A stretch of DNA of 64,000 nucleotides from an uncultured Gemmatimonadaceae bacterium (lineage in GTDB: Bacteria > Gemmatimonadota > Gemmatimonadetes > Gemmatimonadales > Gemmatimonadaceae). The number at the start of each line of letters is the position of its first letter. The stretch's first letter is position 1. The notes under the pieces are model-generated. The model made no database searches, had not been told where the DNA came from, and saw only the letters and a list, made by a program, of their open reading frames with translations. Below, piece by piece: positions 22,938 to 33,380 of this stretch. The position numbers and the translations under genes were made by a program. The DNA lies in assembly GCA_963817955.1 (NCBI GenBank), contig CAWFQK010000002.1, positions 352,001-416,000 of the forward strand, given 5' to 3'.

Positions 22938-23504
22938 TCAGAACGCCAGGCCCACGGTAAACCGGCCGGTGAGATATGCACGATCCAGCCCGACACGTTG
23001 CCGCGCATCGGCACCGGCAATCACCCGTTTGGCACCGACGCCGGTTCCAACCAAGAAGCGCCGGCGCGTGCCAAGCATCCAGTTGTAATCCACGAGCACG
23101 CCGAGCGTCGGCGCATCGAGGCTCGAGCGCGTGGAGGTCACCGTGCCGGAGCCCAGAGTGGGGGTGTCCTGACGTGCACTGTAGTGCAGATACCCGGCAC
23201 TGGCGCCGAGCGAGAAGCCACGCAGCACCACTTCGCCCGGGTAGTACCGCACTTTGACATCCGCGGTGGTGTATCGGTCATTGTCGATGTCCGTGTACGA
23301 TCCCGCGCCGCCCACTGTGACACCGGCCGTCACGGCGCTCTCGAACTCCAATGAGCCGATGTCGAATGGAATGCCGAGCGGATTGATGCCGATGTAGCTG
23401 CGATATGGAATTGGAATCAACGTCCCTTGCGGAAGCGTTTGCGCGTTCGTCGAACGAGCGACAAATGCGATGACCAATCCGGCGACAACGCGGCACACGC
23501 GCAT
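22938..23504 (-). CDS. Secreted protein, probable small outer-membrane beta-barrel
   Basis: Signal peptide, alternating beta-strand pattern, C-terminal FTVGLAF. Confidence 0.65.
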   Translation of the reverse strand: MRVCRVVAGLVIAFVARSTNAQTLPQGTLIPIPYRSYIGINPLGIPFDIGSLEFESAVTAGVTVGGAGSYTDIDNDRYTTADVKVRYYPGEVVLRGFSLGASAGYLHYSARQDTPTLGSGTVTSTRSSLDAPTLGVLVDYNWMLGTRRRFLVGTGVGAKRVIAGADARQRVGLDRAYLTGRFTVGLAF

Positions 23505-23652
23505 GCAATGTTCTCCGAGTAGGTGGCAGGCCCGGCTGTACACTAACGGAGCAGCCGGCGTTCCGGGGCAATGATAACGCATGATACGCTGACAGGCGGG
23601 TCAGAGATTCAACCCCTCCACCCCCGTGCCTGCCCCTCGCTAGCTTTCAGCC

Positions 23653-24891
23653 ATGAACATCGAGATAACGCCGAAAAAGAGCGACGGACTCGAGCGGTTG
23701 ATCGAGGTCCGTGTGCCACTTGAGACCGTGCGCGACGCCGAGGACAAAGCGGCGCGCCGACATGCATCCAACGTCCGCCTCCCTGGGTTCCGACCGGGCA
23801 AGGCACCGGCCGCCCTGGTGAAGAAGCGTTTCAAGGACGCGATCCGACAACAGGTGATCGAGAACCTGGTGCAGGAGGCCTTTCAGGAAGTGATGGACCG
23901 CGAGAAGCTGAACGTCGCCTCGCAGCCGCACATTCACGACCTCAAGTTCGAGGACGGCGAGCCGCTCAGCTTCGAGCTCCACATCGAGATCCGCCCCGAG
24001 ATCACGCTGAGCCGCGTCGAAGGGTTCCGAGTGACCCGTGGCGTAACCGCCGTGACCGATGATGCCGTGCGCGAGCAAGTGGAACAGATCCGCGACAAGA
24101 AGGCATCCTGGACCCCAGTAGAGGACAAGCCGGCACCGGGCGACATGGTGCGCGTGCAGCTCGCGACCGCGGAGGAGGGCGAGGAGTTCCCGGAACCGCG
24201 GGAGTACCCCCTCGTCCTTGGAAGCGGCCAGGCTATCGCGGGCGTCGAAGAGCTGATCATGGAGCTCACGCCGGGTCAGAACGCTGAGCGTCCAGTACGT
24301 TGGCCAGACGACTTCCCGGACGAAACACAGCGCGGCAAGACGAAACCGGTGCGCGTGAACCTGCTCGACGTGAAGCGCAAATCGCTCCCCGCGCTCGACG
24401 ATGCGTTTGCCCGTGAAGTCGGCGATTTCGAGTCGCTCGACGGGCTCAATGCGACGGTTCGCAAGGATCTCGAGGAGCATACATTGCGCGAGGCAGATGC
24501 GGCGGTGCGCCAGCAACTCGTCGACCAGATCGCGGCCGCGAACCCGTTCGACATTCCGCCGAGCTGGGTCAACCAACTGATGGACAGCTATACTAAGGCA
24601 TACCAGGTGCCGGACGAGGAGCGCGAGCAATTCCGCGCCGAGTTCCGATCGGTGGCCGAGCGCCAGGTGCGGCGAGACCTCATCGTCGAAACGATCGCCG
24701 AACGCGAGGGACTCAAGGCGACGGAAGCGAACATCGATGAACGCGTCGCCGACGTGGCGAGCAAGCGCGGAGCCGACCCGGGCCAGGTCTATGCATCACT
24801 ACAAAAAGCCGGACGCCTGCGGGAAATCGAGCAGAGCATCACGGAAGACAATGTGTTCAGATGGTTGATGGACCGGAATGAGGTTGCCTAG
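23653..24891 (+). CDS. tig: Trigger factor
   Basis: PGFRPGKAP signature; first gene of tig-clpP-clpX-lon. Confidence 0.95.
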   Translation: MNIEITPKKSDGLERLIEVRVPLETVRDAEDKAARRHASNVRLPGFRPGKAPAALVKKRFKDAIRQQVIENLVQEAFQEVMDREKLNVASQPHIHDLKFEDGEPLSFELHIEIRPEITLSRVEGFRVTRGVTAVTDDAVREQVEQIRDKKASWTPVEDKPAPGDMVRVQLATAEEGEEFPEPREYPLVLGSGQAIAGVEELIMELTPGQNAERPVRWPDDFPDETQRGKTKPVRVNLLDVKRKSLPALDDAFAREVGDFESLDGLNATVRKDLEEHTLREADAAVRQQLVDQIAAANPFDIPPSWVNQLMDSYTKAYQVPDEEREQFRAEFRSVAERQVRRDLIVETIAEREGLKATEANIDERVADVASKRGADPGQVYASLQKAGRLREIEQSITEDNVFRWLMDRNEVA

Positions 24892-25001
24892 TCGCTGACC
24901 GTTCAACGTTAGAGGCTCTAGCGATTCGAACTCGAGTTGATCGCATGCCTACGCACCTGTGCTCCTGTCATTCAAAACCTGCAACGATTCGTTCCATCTC
25001 T

Positions 25002-25042
25002 TCTAGCGTCCAGCGTGAGCGACTAATGTTTAGCGTCGAACG
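25002..25042. repeat. Degenerate heptamer tandem repeat (TCTAGCG-like)
   Basis: tctagcg tccagcg tgagcg actaatg tttagcg tcgaacg. Confidence 0.5.
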
Positions 25043-25064
25043 TCTCGAATCTTCCATCGGACCA

Positions 25065-25697
25065 ATGGCGACCATCTACCCTCCGTATGTAATCGAACGC
25101 TCGCCACGCGGCGAGCGGAGTTACGACATCTTCAGCCGCCTGCTGATGGATCGTATCGTCTTTCTCGGCACGCCGGTGAACGACGATGTCGCGAACATCA
25201 TCATCGCACAGATGCTGTTCCTCGAGGCGGACAATCCCGAGCGCGACATCTTTCTGTACATCAACTCGCCGGGCGGGAGCGTGTCGGCCGGCCTCGCGAT
25301 CTACGACACCATGCAGTTCATGAAGTCGCCGGTGAACACCATCTGCATGGGCCTGGCGGCGAGCATGGGCGCGTTTCTGCTCGGCGCGGGCCGGAAGGGC
25401 AAGCGTTCGGCGCTGCCACATTCGAGAATCATGATCCACCAGCCGTCGCAGTCGGGCGGCGGCGGCACGGCCTCGGACATCGAGATTCAGGCGAGGGAGA
25501 TCCTGTACCTCCGCGCCAAGATGAACGAGCTACTCGCCAGGCACACCGGCCAGACAGTCGATCGCATCGAGCGCGACACAGATCGCGATCGGTATTTGTC
25601 CGCTGACGAGGCAAAGGAGTATGGTCTGGTGGATAATGTCATCACACATCGTGGCGACATTGTTGAGCCCAGCGCTCTCCAGGCCGTTACTAAGTAG
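25065..25697 (+). CDS. clpP: ATP-dependent Clp protease proteolytic subunit
   Basis: [37 protein letters not shown]. Confidence 0.97.
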   Translation: MATIYPPYVIERSPRGERSYDIFSRLLMDRIVFLGTPVNDDVANIIIAQMLFLEADNPERDIFLYINSPGGSVSAGLAIYDTMQFMKSPVNTICMGLAASMGAFLLGAGRKGKRSALPHSRIMIHQPSQSGGGGTASDIEIQAREILYLRAKMNELLARHTGQTVDRIERDTDRDRYLSADEAKEYGLVDNVITHRGDIVEPSALQAVTK

Positions 25698-25700
25698 GAT

Positions 25701-25763
25701 GGTTGCCGGTAATTGGTCACTGGTTACTGAGAAATACCAGCGGCCAGCAACCGGTAACTGGCA
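25701..25763. repeat. Heptamer repeats in inverted arrangement (GGTTRCY ... CRGYAAC), possible hairpin between clpP and clpX
   Basis: ggttgcc ggtaatt ggtcact ggttact ... cagcggc cagcaac cggtaac tggca. Confidence 0.5.
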
Positions 25764-25898
25764 TATTTTTGGGTCGTCTCTTGCTAGGCCGTCGCGGGGA
25801 CCTTAGTTCTCCCTGTATCGCCTCGGTCTCTCGCGCCCTCAGCGATGTCTGCTGGACTTCGCCACTGGGCAACCGCGTTACCCGTTGAGTGATCTGTC

Positions 25899-27143
25899 AT
25901 GTCGCACGACAAACACCTGCGTTGCTCGTTCTGCGGAAAGTCCAAAGACTCGGTCCGGAAGTTCATCTCCGGCCCGTCGGTGTACATCTGCAACGAGTGC
26001 ATCGCGCTCTGCAACGAGATTCTCGCCGAGGACGAAGAGCGGGAGGTTGCCGAGGCGATCACCCAGGTCCCCACGCCTCAAGAGATCAAAGACACGCTCG
26101 ATCAGTACGTGATCGGGCAGGAACGGGCCAAGAAGGCGCTCGCGGTCGCGGTCTACAACCACTACAAGCGCATCAACTCGGCCTCGCTGCGGGATGACGA
26201 CGTCGAGCTCGACAAGTCCAACATCCTGCTCATCGGCCCCACCGGGGTGGGCAAGACGCTGTTGGCCCAGACGCTTGCCCGCATCCTCGACGTGCCGTTC
26301 ACGATCGCCGACGCCACGACGCTCACCGAGGCCGGGTATGTCGGCGAGGACGTCGAGAACATTCTCGTCCGGTTGCTCCAGGCCGGCGACTTCAACGTCG
26401 CCGAGTGCGAGCGCGGCATCGTCTATATCGACGAGATCGATAAAATCGCGCGGAAGTCGGAGAATCCAAGCATTACACGCGACGTATCGGGCGAGGGCGT
26501 GCAGCAGGCACTGCTGAAGATTCTGGAAGGCACGGTTGCGTCGGTTCCGCCCCAGGGCGGCCGCAAGCATCCACAGCAGGAATACATCCAGATCAACACC
26601 AAGGACATCCTGTTCATCTGCGGCGGGGCGTTCGACGGGCTCGAAAAGATCATCGAGGCCCGGACCGGCCGTCGGCAGATCGGGTTCAACAAGGCAGACG
26701 AAACGCGCACGCAAGTGCAGGCCAAGAACCCCTTCGCAGAAGTCGAACCCGAGGATCTGCTCCGCTTCGGGCTCATTCCCGAGCTCGTCGGCCGCCTTCC
26801 CGTCACGGTCGCACTCGAGGCGCTGGACGAGGATTCGCTCGTCCGCATCCTCAAGGAGCCGAAGAACGCGCTGACCAAGCAGTACGCCAAGTTGTTCGAG
26901 CTCGAGGAAGTGAAGCTGACTTTCGAGGAAAGCGCGCTGCGCGCCATCTCGGGGAAAGCCCTCAAGCGCGGCACCGGCGCTCGCGGACTCCGCGCGATTC
27001 TCGAAGAGCTGCTGACCGAGGTCATGTTCGACCTGCCGACGCGCGAAGACGTCGAGGAAGTCAAGGTCACCGAAAGCTCGGTGATCAACGGCACGGCACC
27101 GTTGCTCGAGATCTCGCCGCAGCGCAAGAAGAAAGAGGCATAA
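25899..27143 (+). CDS. clpX: ATP-dependent Clp protease ATP-binding subunit
   Basis: CSFCGK...ICNEC zinc finger, [23 protein letters not shown] loop. Confidence 0.98.
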   Translation: MSHDKHLRCSFCGKSKDSVRKFISGPSVYICNECIALCNEILAEDEEREVAEAITQVPTPQEIKDTLDQYVIGQERAKKALAVAVYNHYKRINSASLRDDDVELDKSNILLIGPTGVGKTLLAQTLARILDVPFTIADATTLTEAGYVGEDVENILVRLLQAGDFNVAECERGIVYIDEIDKIARKSENPSITRDVSGEGVQQALLKILEGTVASVPPQGGRKHPQQEYIQINTKDILFICGGAFDGLEKIIEARTGRRQIGFNKADETRTQVQAKNPFAEVEPEDLLRFGLIPELVGRLPVTVALEALDEDSLVRILKEPKNALTKQYAKLFELEEVKLTFEESALRAISGKALKRGTGARGLRAILEELLTEVMFDLPTREDVEEVKVTESSVINGTAPLLEISPQRKKKEA

Positions 27144-27226
27144 CGCGATACGACACACGGTACAAACGCCTCGGAATGCCATGCGCATCCCGAGGCGTTT
27201 GACGTGTTGGGGTGTATCTTTCGCCC

Positions 27227-29615
27227 ATGGCCTCTCCCGAAAACGAACCCCGCCGCCTGCCCGTTCTCCCGCTTCGCGACGTCGTCGTCTTTCCGCATGT
27301 GGCCATGCCGCTCCTGGTCGGTCGCCGCGCCTCGCTCGGCGCCATCGAAAGCGCAGCGGGGGAAGATGGCACGCTGTTCCTCGTCGCTCAGCGCAGCGCG
27401 GATACTGAGGAACCCGCGGCCGGCGATCTGCACCGCGTCGGGGTCGTGGTCCGGATCGTTCAGGCCACGCGCCAGGCCAACGGGACGGCGCGCATTCTCG
27501 TGGAGGGCATCGCACGCGCACGCGTCACACGCTATGTCCCATCCGCCGGCTTCCTCCGCGCCGCGCTCGCCAATGAGCCGGAACCAGCGATCGACGAACA
27601 AGCCGACCTTACGGTGGTTGCTCGGCGTGTGCTCGCGATGTTCGAGGAGTACGTCACGCTGCATCGCCGAATTCCGAACGAGGTCGTGGCACTCGTGCAG
27701 AGTGCCGACAGCGTTGCCCGGCAGGCGTACGGGATCGCCGCCCACCTCGCCGTGCGTCTCGAGACGCGACAGACGCTGCTCGAGGCGCCAACCATCGCGC
27801 AACTCTTCGACGCGCTGAGCCAGGTGCTCGCCAGTGAGATCGAGTTGCTGCGCCTCGAGCGCAAATTGGACGAAGAGGTGCGCGGCTCGCTCTTTCAGAA
27901 TCAGCGAGAGTTCTACCTGCAGGAACAGCTCAAGGCCATTCACCGCGAGCTGGGGAATGACGAAGCGGATGACGTCCTCGATCTCGAACGGCAGATCGAG
28001 GCGCGGCAGCTTCCCGAAGTGGTCAAGACACGCGCGCTGCGCGAGGTGCGCAAGCTGCGTCGGATGTCACCGCTGTCACCGGAGTCCACCGTCGCGCGGA
28101 ACTTCGTGGATTGGATTCTCGCGCTCCCCTGGACCCAGCGCACCGACGACGTGCTCGACGTCGCCCACGCTCGTCGCATTCTCGACGAGGACCACTACGG
28201 CCTCGACGAAGTGAAGGACCGAATCCTGGACTACATTGGCGTGCTGTCGCTCGTGGAGCACATGGAAGGTCCTATTCTATGCCTCGTCGGCCCGCCCGGC
28301 GTGGGCAAGACGTCGCTCGGACGCTCTGTGGCGCGCGCGCTCGGCCGGAAGTTCGTGCGCATGTCGCTTGGCGGCGTGCGCGATGAGGCGGAGATCCGCG
28401 GGCACCGGCGCACGTACATCGGATCGATGCCCGGTCGCGTGATCCAGGCCATGCGGCGCGCCGAGGTCGTGAACCCCGTGATTCTGCTCGACGAGATCGA
28501 CAAGCTCGGGACCGACTATCGCGGCGATCCCGCGGCGGCTCTGCTCGAGGTGCTCGATCCCGAGCAGACATCGGGCGTTCAACGATCACTACCTCGAGGT
28601 GGACTACGATCTGTCGCAGGTGCTCTTCATGACGACGGCGAACTACCTGCCGCAGGTCCCCGAGCCCCTCCGCGACCGCATGGAAATCATTCGGCTGTCC
28701 GGCTACCTCGATCAGGAAAAGTACGCGATTGCGCGCCAGTTTCTGATCCCGAAGCAGCTGCGCATGAACGGTCTGGATCCGACCGGCGTCGAGTGGGACA
28801 GCGACGCCATTCCGGCGATCGTCCAGGGATACACACGGGAAGCCGGCGTGCGTGAACTGGAACGGCGCATCAGCCGCGTCGCGCGCAAGCTGGCGCGCCA
28901 CCAAGCCGAGGCACAGACATCGGTGCCGACCGACCTGCCCGCTGTGACTGCTCGCCGCGTGGTCCGGGCATCCGATCTGCACGGTCTGCTCGGCGCCGCA
29001 CCATACGATCCATCGTTGCTCACGCTCGATCATAAGGTTGGTGTTGTGACCGGGCTGGCATACACGAGCGTCGGCGGCGAAGTGCTGGAGATCGAAGTCA
29101 GCGCAACGAGCGGGCGCGGCAAGCTGCAACTCACCGGGACGCTCGGCGATGTCATGAAGGAATCGGCGAGTGCGGCGCTGAGCTACACGCGTACGCGCGC
29201 CGGCGTGCTCGGCATAGACCGTGATTTCTATCGCACGCGCGACCTGCACGTGCACATCCCCGCGGGTGCGACGCCCAAGGATGGCCCGTCGGCTGGGATC
29301 GCGATCGCGACGGCCATCGTGAGCGCGCTGACGGGCATTCCAGTGCGCGGGGATGTGGCAATGACTGGTGAGATCACGCTGCGCGGACGCGTGCTGGCAA
29401 TTGGCGGCCTGAAGGAAAAAGCGGTGGCGGCGCATCGCAACGGCATTCGCCAGATCCTCATTCCGCATCACAACTTGCGCGATGTCGAAGAGCTGCCCGA
29501 GGAAGTGCGCCTCGCCGTGACGTTCCATCCGGTGAAGACCATGGACGACGTGCTGAGCTTCGCTCTCCTACACACTGACTTCACGAACGAGATGCCCGTC
29601 GTAGCGCCCCACTGA
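27227..29615 (+). pseudogene. lon: Lon protease interrupted by a +1 frameshift (real lesion or sequencing error)
   Basis: LPVLPLRD N-domain, GPPGVGKT, then PKDGPSAG and IGGLKEK in a second frame. Deleting C28569 restores [20 protein letters not shown] (796 codons). Confidence 0.9.
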
Positions 29616-30241
29616 TGGCAAACGAGCCTCTGGTCATCCGATCGCTGGAATTCCTTGGTGGCATGGCGACTGCCGATGGATGGCGTCCCGAGCCATCGCT
29701 GCCGGAGGTCGCTTTCGCCGGCCGCTCGAACGTCGGCAAGTCTTCCCTGCTCAACCGCCTCATCCATCGCAAGAAGTTCGCGCGCGTCAGCAATACGCCG
29801 GGTCGCACGCGCGAAGTGAATTTCTTCCTGGTGAACGAAGCCTTCGTGCTCGTGGATCTACCAGGGTATGGCTACGCGCGCATCTCCAAGGAGAAGCGCG
29901 CCGAATGGCGACCACTGATCGAGCAGTACCTGCGCCGCAGCCCGACTCTTCGTGGGATCGTGCTCCTGCTCGACGTGCGCCACGATCCCACGAACGATGA
30001 CCGGCAGATGCTCGAGTTTCTGAGCGAGGTGGGTGTGCCGACGGTCGTCGTGCTGACGAAGACCGATAAACTCACGGCCGCACAGCGCGCGCGACGCGTC
30101 ATTGAGCTCTCGGCAACGCTTGCGCTCGAAGCCGAGCAGATCATTCCGTTCAGCGCGGTGACGAACGCCGGCCGCGACGAGCTGGCGGAGGCGATCGAGG
30201 GCCTGCTCGCGCAGGCCTCCTGGCGGGACCCGGCACCGTGA
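29615..30241 (+). CDS. engB: Ribosome biogenesis GTPase YihA/YsxC
   Basis: GRSNVGKSS, SNTPGRT, DLPGYGY, TKTDK. Confidence 0.95.
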   Translation: MANEPLVIRSLEFLGGMATADGWRPEPSLPEVAFAGRSNVGKSSLLNRLIHRKKFARVSNTPGRTREVNFFLVNEAFVLVDLPGYGYARISKEKRAEWRPLIEQYLRRSPTLRGIVLLLDVRHDPTNDDRQMLEFLSEVGVPTVVVLTKTDKLTAAQRARRVIELSATLALEAEQIIPFSAVTNAGRDELAEAIEGLLAQASWRDPAP

Positions 30242-30314
30242 AACGCGGGCTCATCTGGGTGTTGCCGGCAATCATCCGTAGCGAGCGCGTACCCGACATT
30301 CGGACTTCTTACTC

Positions 30315-31160
30315 ATGCCCTACCTTCCGCTTCGCAGCATCGCCGAGAGTCCGTCACGCCGCGCGGCCACCGAGTGGCTCGAGACGCTCTCCGCCACTCT
30401 CGCTAACGAGGGCGTCGACCGAGCCCTGGTATGCCGGCGCACGCTGACATCGCTGTTCTATCCCGAGTACGCAGACAACTGGGAAACGGCGATCGAGGAT
30501 CCAAGGATTCCCGTGGCAACGCGGCTGTCCCTTGCCGCCATGGATCCGCGTCACGTGACCTTGGAACCGGAGTACTATGCCGATTGCGACAACGCGCGTT
30601 TTCAGCACGTGAAGCCGCTGCTCTGGCTCTGGTACTCATTCGACCGGAGCCCGGTGGGCGGCCAGAACGTGTGGCTCGGCGTGGAGTTACGCCGTATGCT
30701 GGCGAAACAGATCTTCAAACGTTGCGGTGAGAACTTCAAGGCGTTCCAGCACGTGGAGTTTTCGTTCGGCTACAACCTTGAAGTCGGTGACGACGTGGTC
30801 GTGCACCGCCACGTCCTGCTCGACGATCGAGGCGGTATCGTTCTCGGGAATGGTGTATCGGTCAGCGATTACGCCAACATCTACAGTCACACGCATAGCA
30901 TCGTCGAACAGCGTGAGGTGACCAACGCCTGCACCGTGCTCGAAGATGGCGTTCGCATCACCTATCACGCGACCGTGCTGGCCGGCGTGCACGTCCACGA
31001 ACAAGGGATGGTCGGCGCCATGGCGGTGGCGACGAAAGACGTACGCCCGTACCACGTGTACGTCGGGATTCCCGCGAAGAGCGTTCGCGTCAAGCCCAAC
31101 GCGCCGCAGACGGCGAATATCCTGCGAACGAGCAGTGATCGGGAGAGCAAGGACTCCTGA
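30315..31160 (+). CDS. Hexapeptide-repeat (LbH) acyltransferase
   Basis: C-terminal hexapeptide repeats, YSHTH, ATKDVRPYHVYVGIPAK. Confidence 0.82.
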   Translation: MPYLPLRSIAESPSRRAATEWLETLSATLANEGVDRALVCRRTLTSLFYPEYADNWETAIEDPRIPVATRLSLAAMDPRHVTLEPEYYADCDNARFQHVKPLLWLWYSFDRSPVGGQNVWLGVELRRMLAKQIFKRCGENFKAFQHVEFSFGYNLEVGDDVVVHRHVLLDDRGGIVLGNGVSVSDYANIYSHTHSIVEQREVTNACTVLEDGVRITYHATVLAGVHVHEQGMVGAMAVATKDVRPYHVYVGIPAKSVRVKPNAPQTANILRTSSDRESKDS

Positions 31161-31208
31161 CCTGCACACCAAGCACCGCGGCGGATCGACAGTCTCGCCG
31201 CCAACTAC

Positions 31209-33305
31209 TCAGAGAATCCGCATTACGTCGTCAATCGGCCCGGCATCGCCGGTATGGAGCAGCTCCACGGCGGTACGCAGTGATTCGCGCTCGGCAGGAA
31301 AATGGAAGCGTTGGAGCGCCTCGTCCACGGTGAGCCATTCGGCTCCCTGATGCTCGGCGCTCGTGACGGTATCGCCAGATTCGCTCACGAACGCAGCGAA
31401 CACGATGGCGAGTTGGAGGGTATGCGTGCGGTGAAGGTAGAACGGCTGTACGCGGACATTGTAAAGTTTGTCCACGGCGAAGCCCGTCTCCTCGCGGACC
31501 TCACGAACGGCCGCTTCCTCCGGCTCCTCGCCGGGCTCGATGTGGCCGTGCACCGTTTCCCACGAGAGCGGACAACGCGTATTCGCTCGGCGCTGCAGCG
31601 CGAGCACGCGCCAGCCATCCGACGTCGGGCGAATCACGAGTACGTCGATGGTGCCGATTTGAGCATGAGCCATGGCGCTAAAACTATCGGGCCGCCGGTT
31701 GGTGCGCGCAATTGCTGCGTCGAGGTCCCCTCGCAGGCAAAACGCATCACCCACCAGACCGGTACGTGACTCGGTAGGCGGCGCCAGAGACTCCGCCACG
31801 ACGCGTGGCTCGTCGCGCGGTGAGGCGACGCGTAACACCTCGTCGAGCGTCGTACGGCCTTCGTTGGCGTGCGCGACGCCGGATTGCCACAACGAGCCCA
31901 TGCCCGCCGCGCGTGCCGCTTCAGCGATCCGCTCGGTGGCGGTGCCGGTCGCCACCTGGCGCTCGAATTCCGCCGACGCAATCAGCACCTCCACGAGCGC
32001 CAGGCGGCCGCGGAACCCGGAATGGCCGCATTGCGGGCACGAGCCGCCCACCCCGTGGCAGGCCGGGCAGAGCCGGCGTATCAATCGTTGGGCCAGCACA
32101 CCCTTTACCGCGGTCGCGATCTTGTAGCTCGCAACACCGATATCGACCAGGCGAGTCACCGCGCTCGGTGCATCGTTGGTATGCAACGTGGATAGCACGA
32201 GATGGCCGGTGAGCGACGCCTGGATCGCGATCTCCGCCGTCTCACGGTCGCGAATCTCACCAATGAGGAGCACGTCCGGGTCCTGCCGCATGATGGAGCG
32301 CAAAGCGGATGCGAACGTCAGTCCGGCCTTTTCGTTCACCTGCACCTGCACGATGCCAGGCAGCCGGTACTCGATCGGATCTTCGACTGTGACGATGTTC
32401 ACGCCGCGCTCCTTGAGCCGGCGAAGCGCCGCATACAAGGTCGTCGTCTTACCAGATCCGGTAGGCCCCGTCACGAGAATGAGTCCTTCGCGCGCCTGCA
32501 GCAGTTGGTCGATACGCGCCAGTTCCCAGCGATGGAATCCCATCCCCTCCAGCGTGAGCACGGCGGACCGGACATCGAGCACCCGCACGACCACCTTTTC
32601 ACCATGCGATGCGGGCAGCGTGGACACACGAAGGTCCACTGCGACGCCGTTGATCGCTACCCGCGCGCGGCCATCCTGAGGACGAAGCCGATCGGCGATG
32701 TCGAGGCCGGAGATGATCTTGATGCGGGAAACGAGCGCTGGTCCGACGGCCCGCGGGATGGTGCGCGCCAGCGCCAACACGCCGTCGATGCGGTGTCGCA
32801 CCGCGATGCCTTGCTCCTCCGGCTCAATGTGAATGTCGCTGGCACGCGCGGCGATACCACCGGCGAGCAGTTCGTCTACCAAGTACGTGATCGACGAGCC
32901 TGTCTCATCGCCCGGGGACGGGGGCGCGGCCTCCTGCTCGTCATCCAGATGCTGCACCTCGAGTAGAGGATCGTGATCACGCGTGGCTCCCTCGCCGCGG
33001 TAGACCTCATCGATGCGTCGCCCGATATCGTCGGCGGGCGCCACCGAGAGACGAACGCGGCGACCAGTGGCGAACGCCAACGTGCGCTCACAATCCACGT
33101 CGAGCGGATCTGCGGTAGCAATGAGCAGTTCCTGCTCGGTGGCCGTAATTGGTACGACGTGGAACCGGCGAGCCCATCGCTCCGGTACGAGTGCGACGGC
33201 CTGAGACGAAGCGGCGGCGAGATCGGCAATTGGAAGACGAAATCGACGGGCGAGCGTCCCCAGGTCGGGCGGCAACGGGGACGGCGAGGGAGCGCGGGAA
33301 GCCAT
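31209..33305 (-). CDS. GspE/PilB-family secretion/pilus ATPase in frame with a C-terminal NUDIX hydrolase domain
   Basis: ASDIHIEP, GPTGSGKTT, TVEDPIE, RQDPDVLLIGEIRD, CPAC/CPQC, then NUDIX box GHIEPGEEPEEAAVREVREETGF. Confidence 0.85.
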   Translation of the reverse strand: MASRAPSPSPLPPDLGTLARRFRLPIADLAAASSQAVALVPERWARRFHVVPITATEQELLIATADPLDVDCERTLAFATGRRVRLSVAPADDIGRRIDEVYRGEGATRDHDPLLEVQHLDDEQEAAPPSPGDETGSSITYLVDELLAGGIAARASDIHIEPEEQGIAVRHRIDGVLALARTIPRAVGPALVSRIKIISGLDIADRLRPQDGRARVAINGVAVDLRVSTLPASHGEKVVVRVLDVRSAVLTLEGMGFHRWELARIDQLLQAREGLILVTGPTGSGKTTTLYAALRRLKERGVNIVTVEDPIEYRLPGIVQVQVNEKAGLTFASALRSIMRQDPDVLLIGEIRDRETAEIAIQASLTGHLVLSTLHTNDAPSAVTRLVDIGVASYKIATAVKGVLAQRLIRRLCPACHGVGGSCPQCGHSGFRGRLALVEVLIASAEFERQVATGTATERIAEAARAAGMGSLWQSGVAHANEGRTTLDEVLRVASPRDEPRVVAESLAPPTESRTGLVGDAFCLRGDLDAAIARTNRRPDSFSAMAHAQIGTIDVLVIRPTSDGWRVLALQRRANTRCPLSWETVHGHIEPGEEPEEAAVREVREETGFAVDKLYNVRVQPFYLHRTHTLQLAIVFAAFVSESGDTVTSAEHQGAEWLTVDEALQRFHFPAERESLRTAVELLHTGDAGPIDDVMRIL

Positions 33306-33380
33306 GCGCAGATAATCGCCGCCGCGTACCAAGGATGTGTTACCGCGCCATTGCCGGTAGGCGCGGCGTACTGCACGCGA

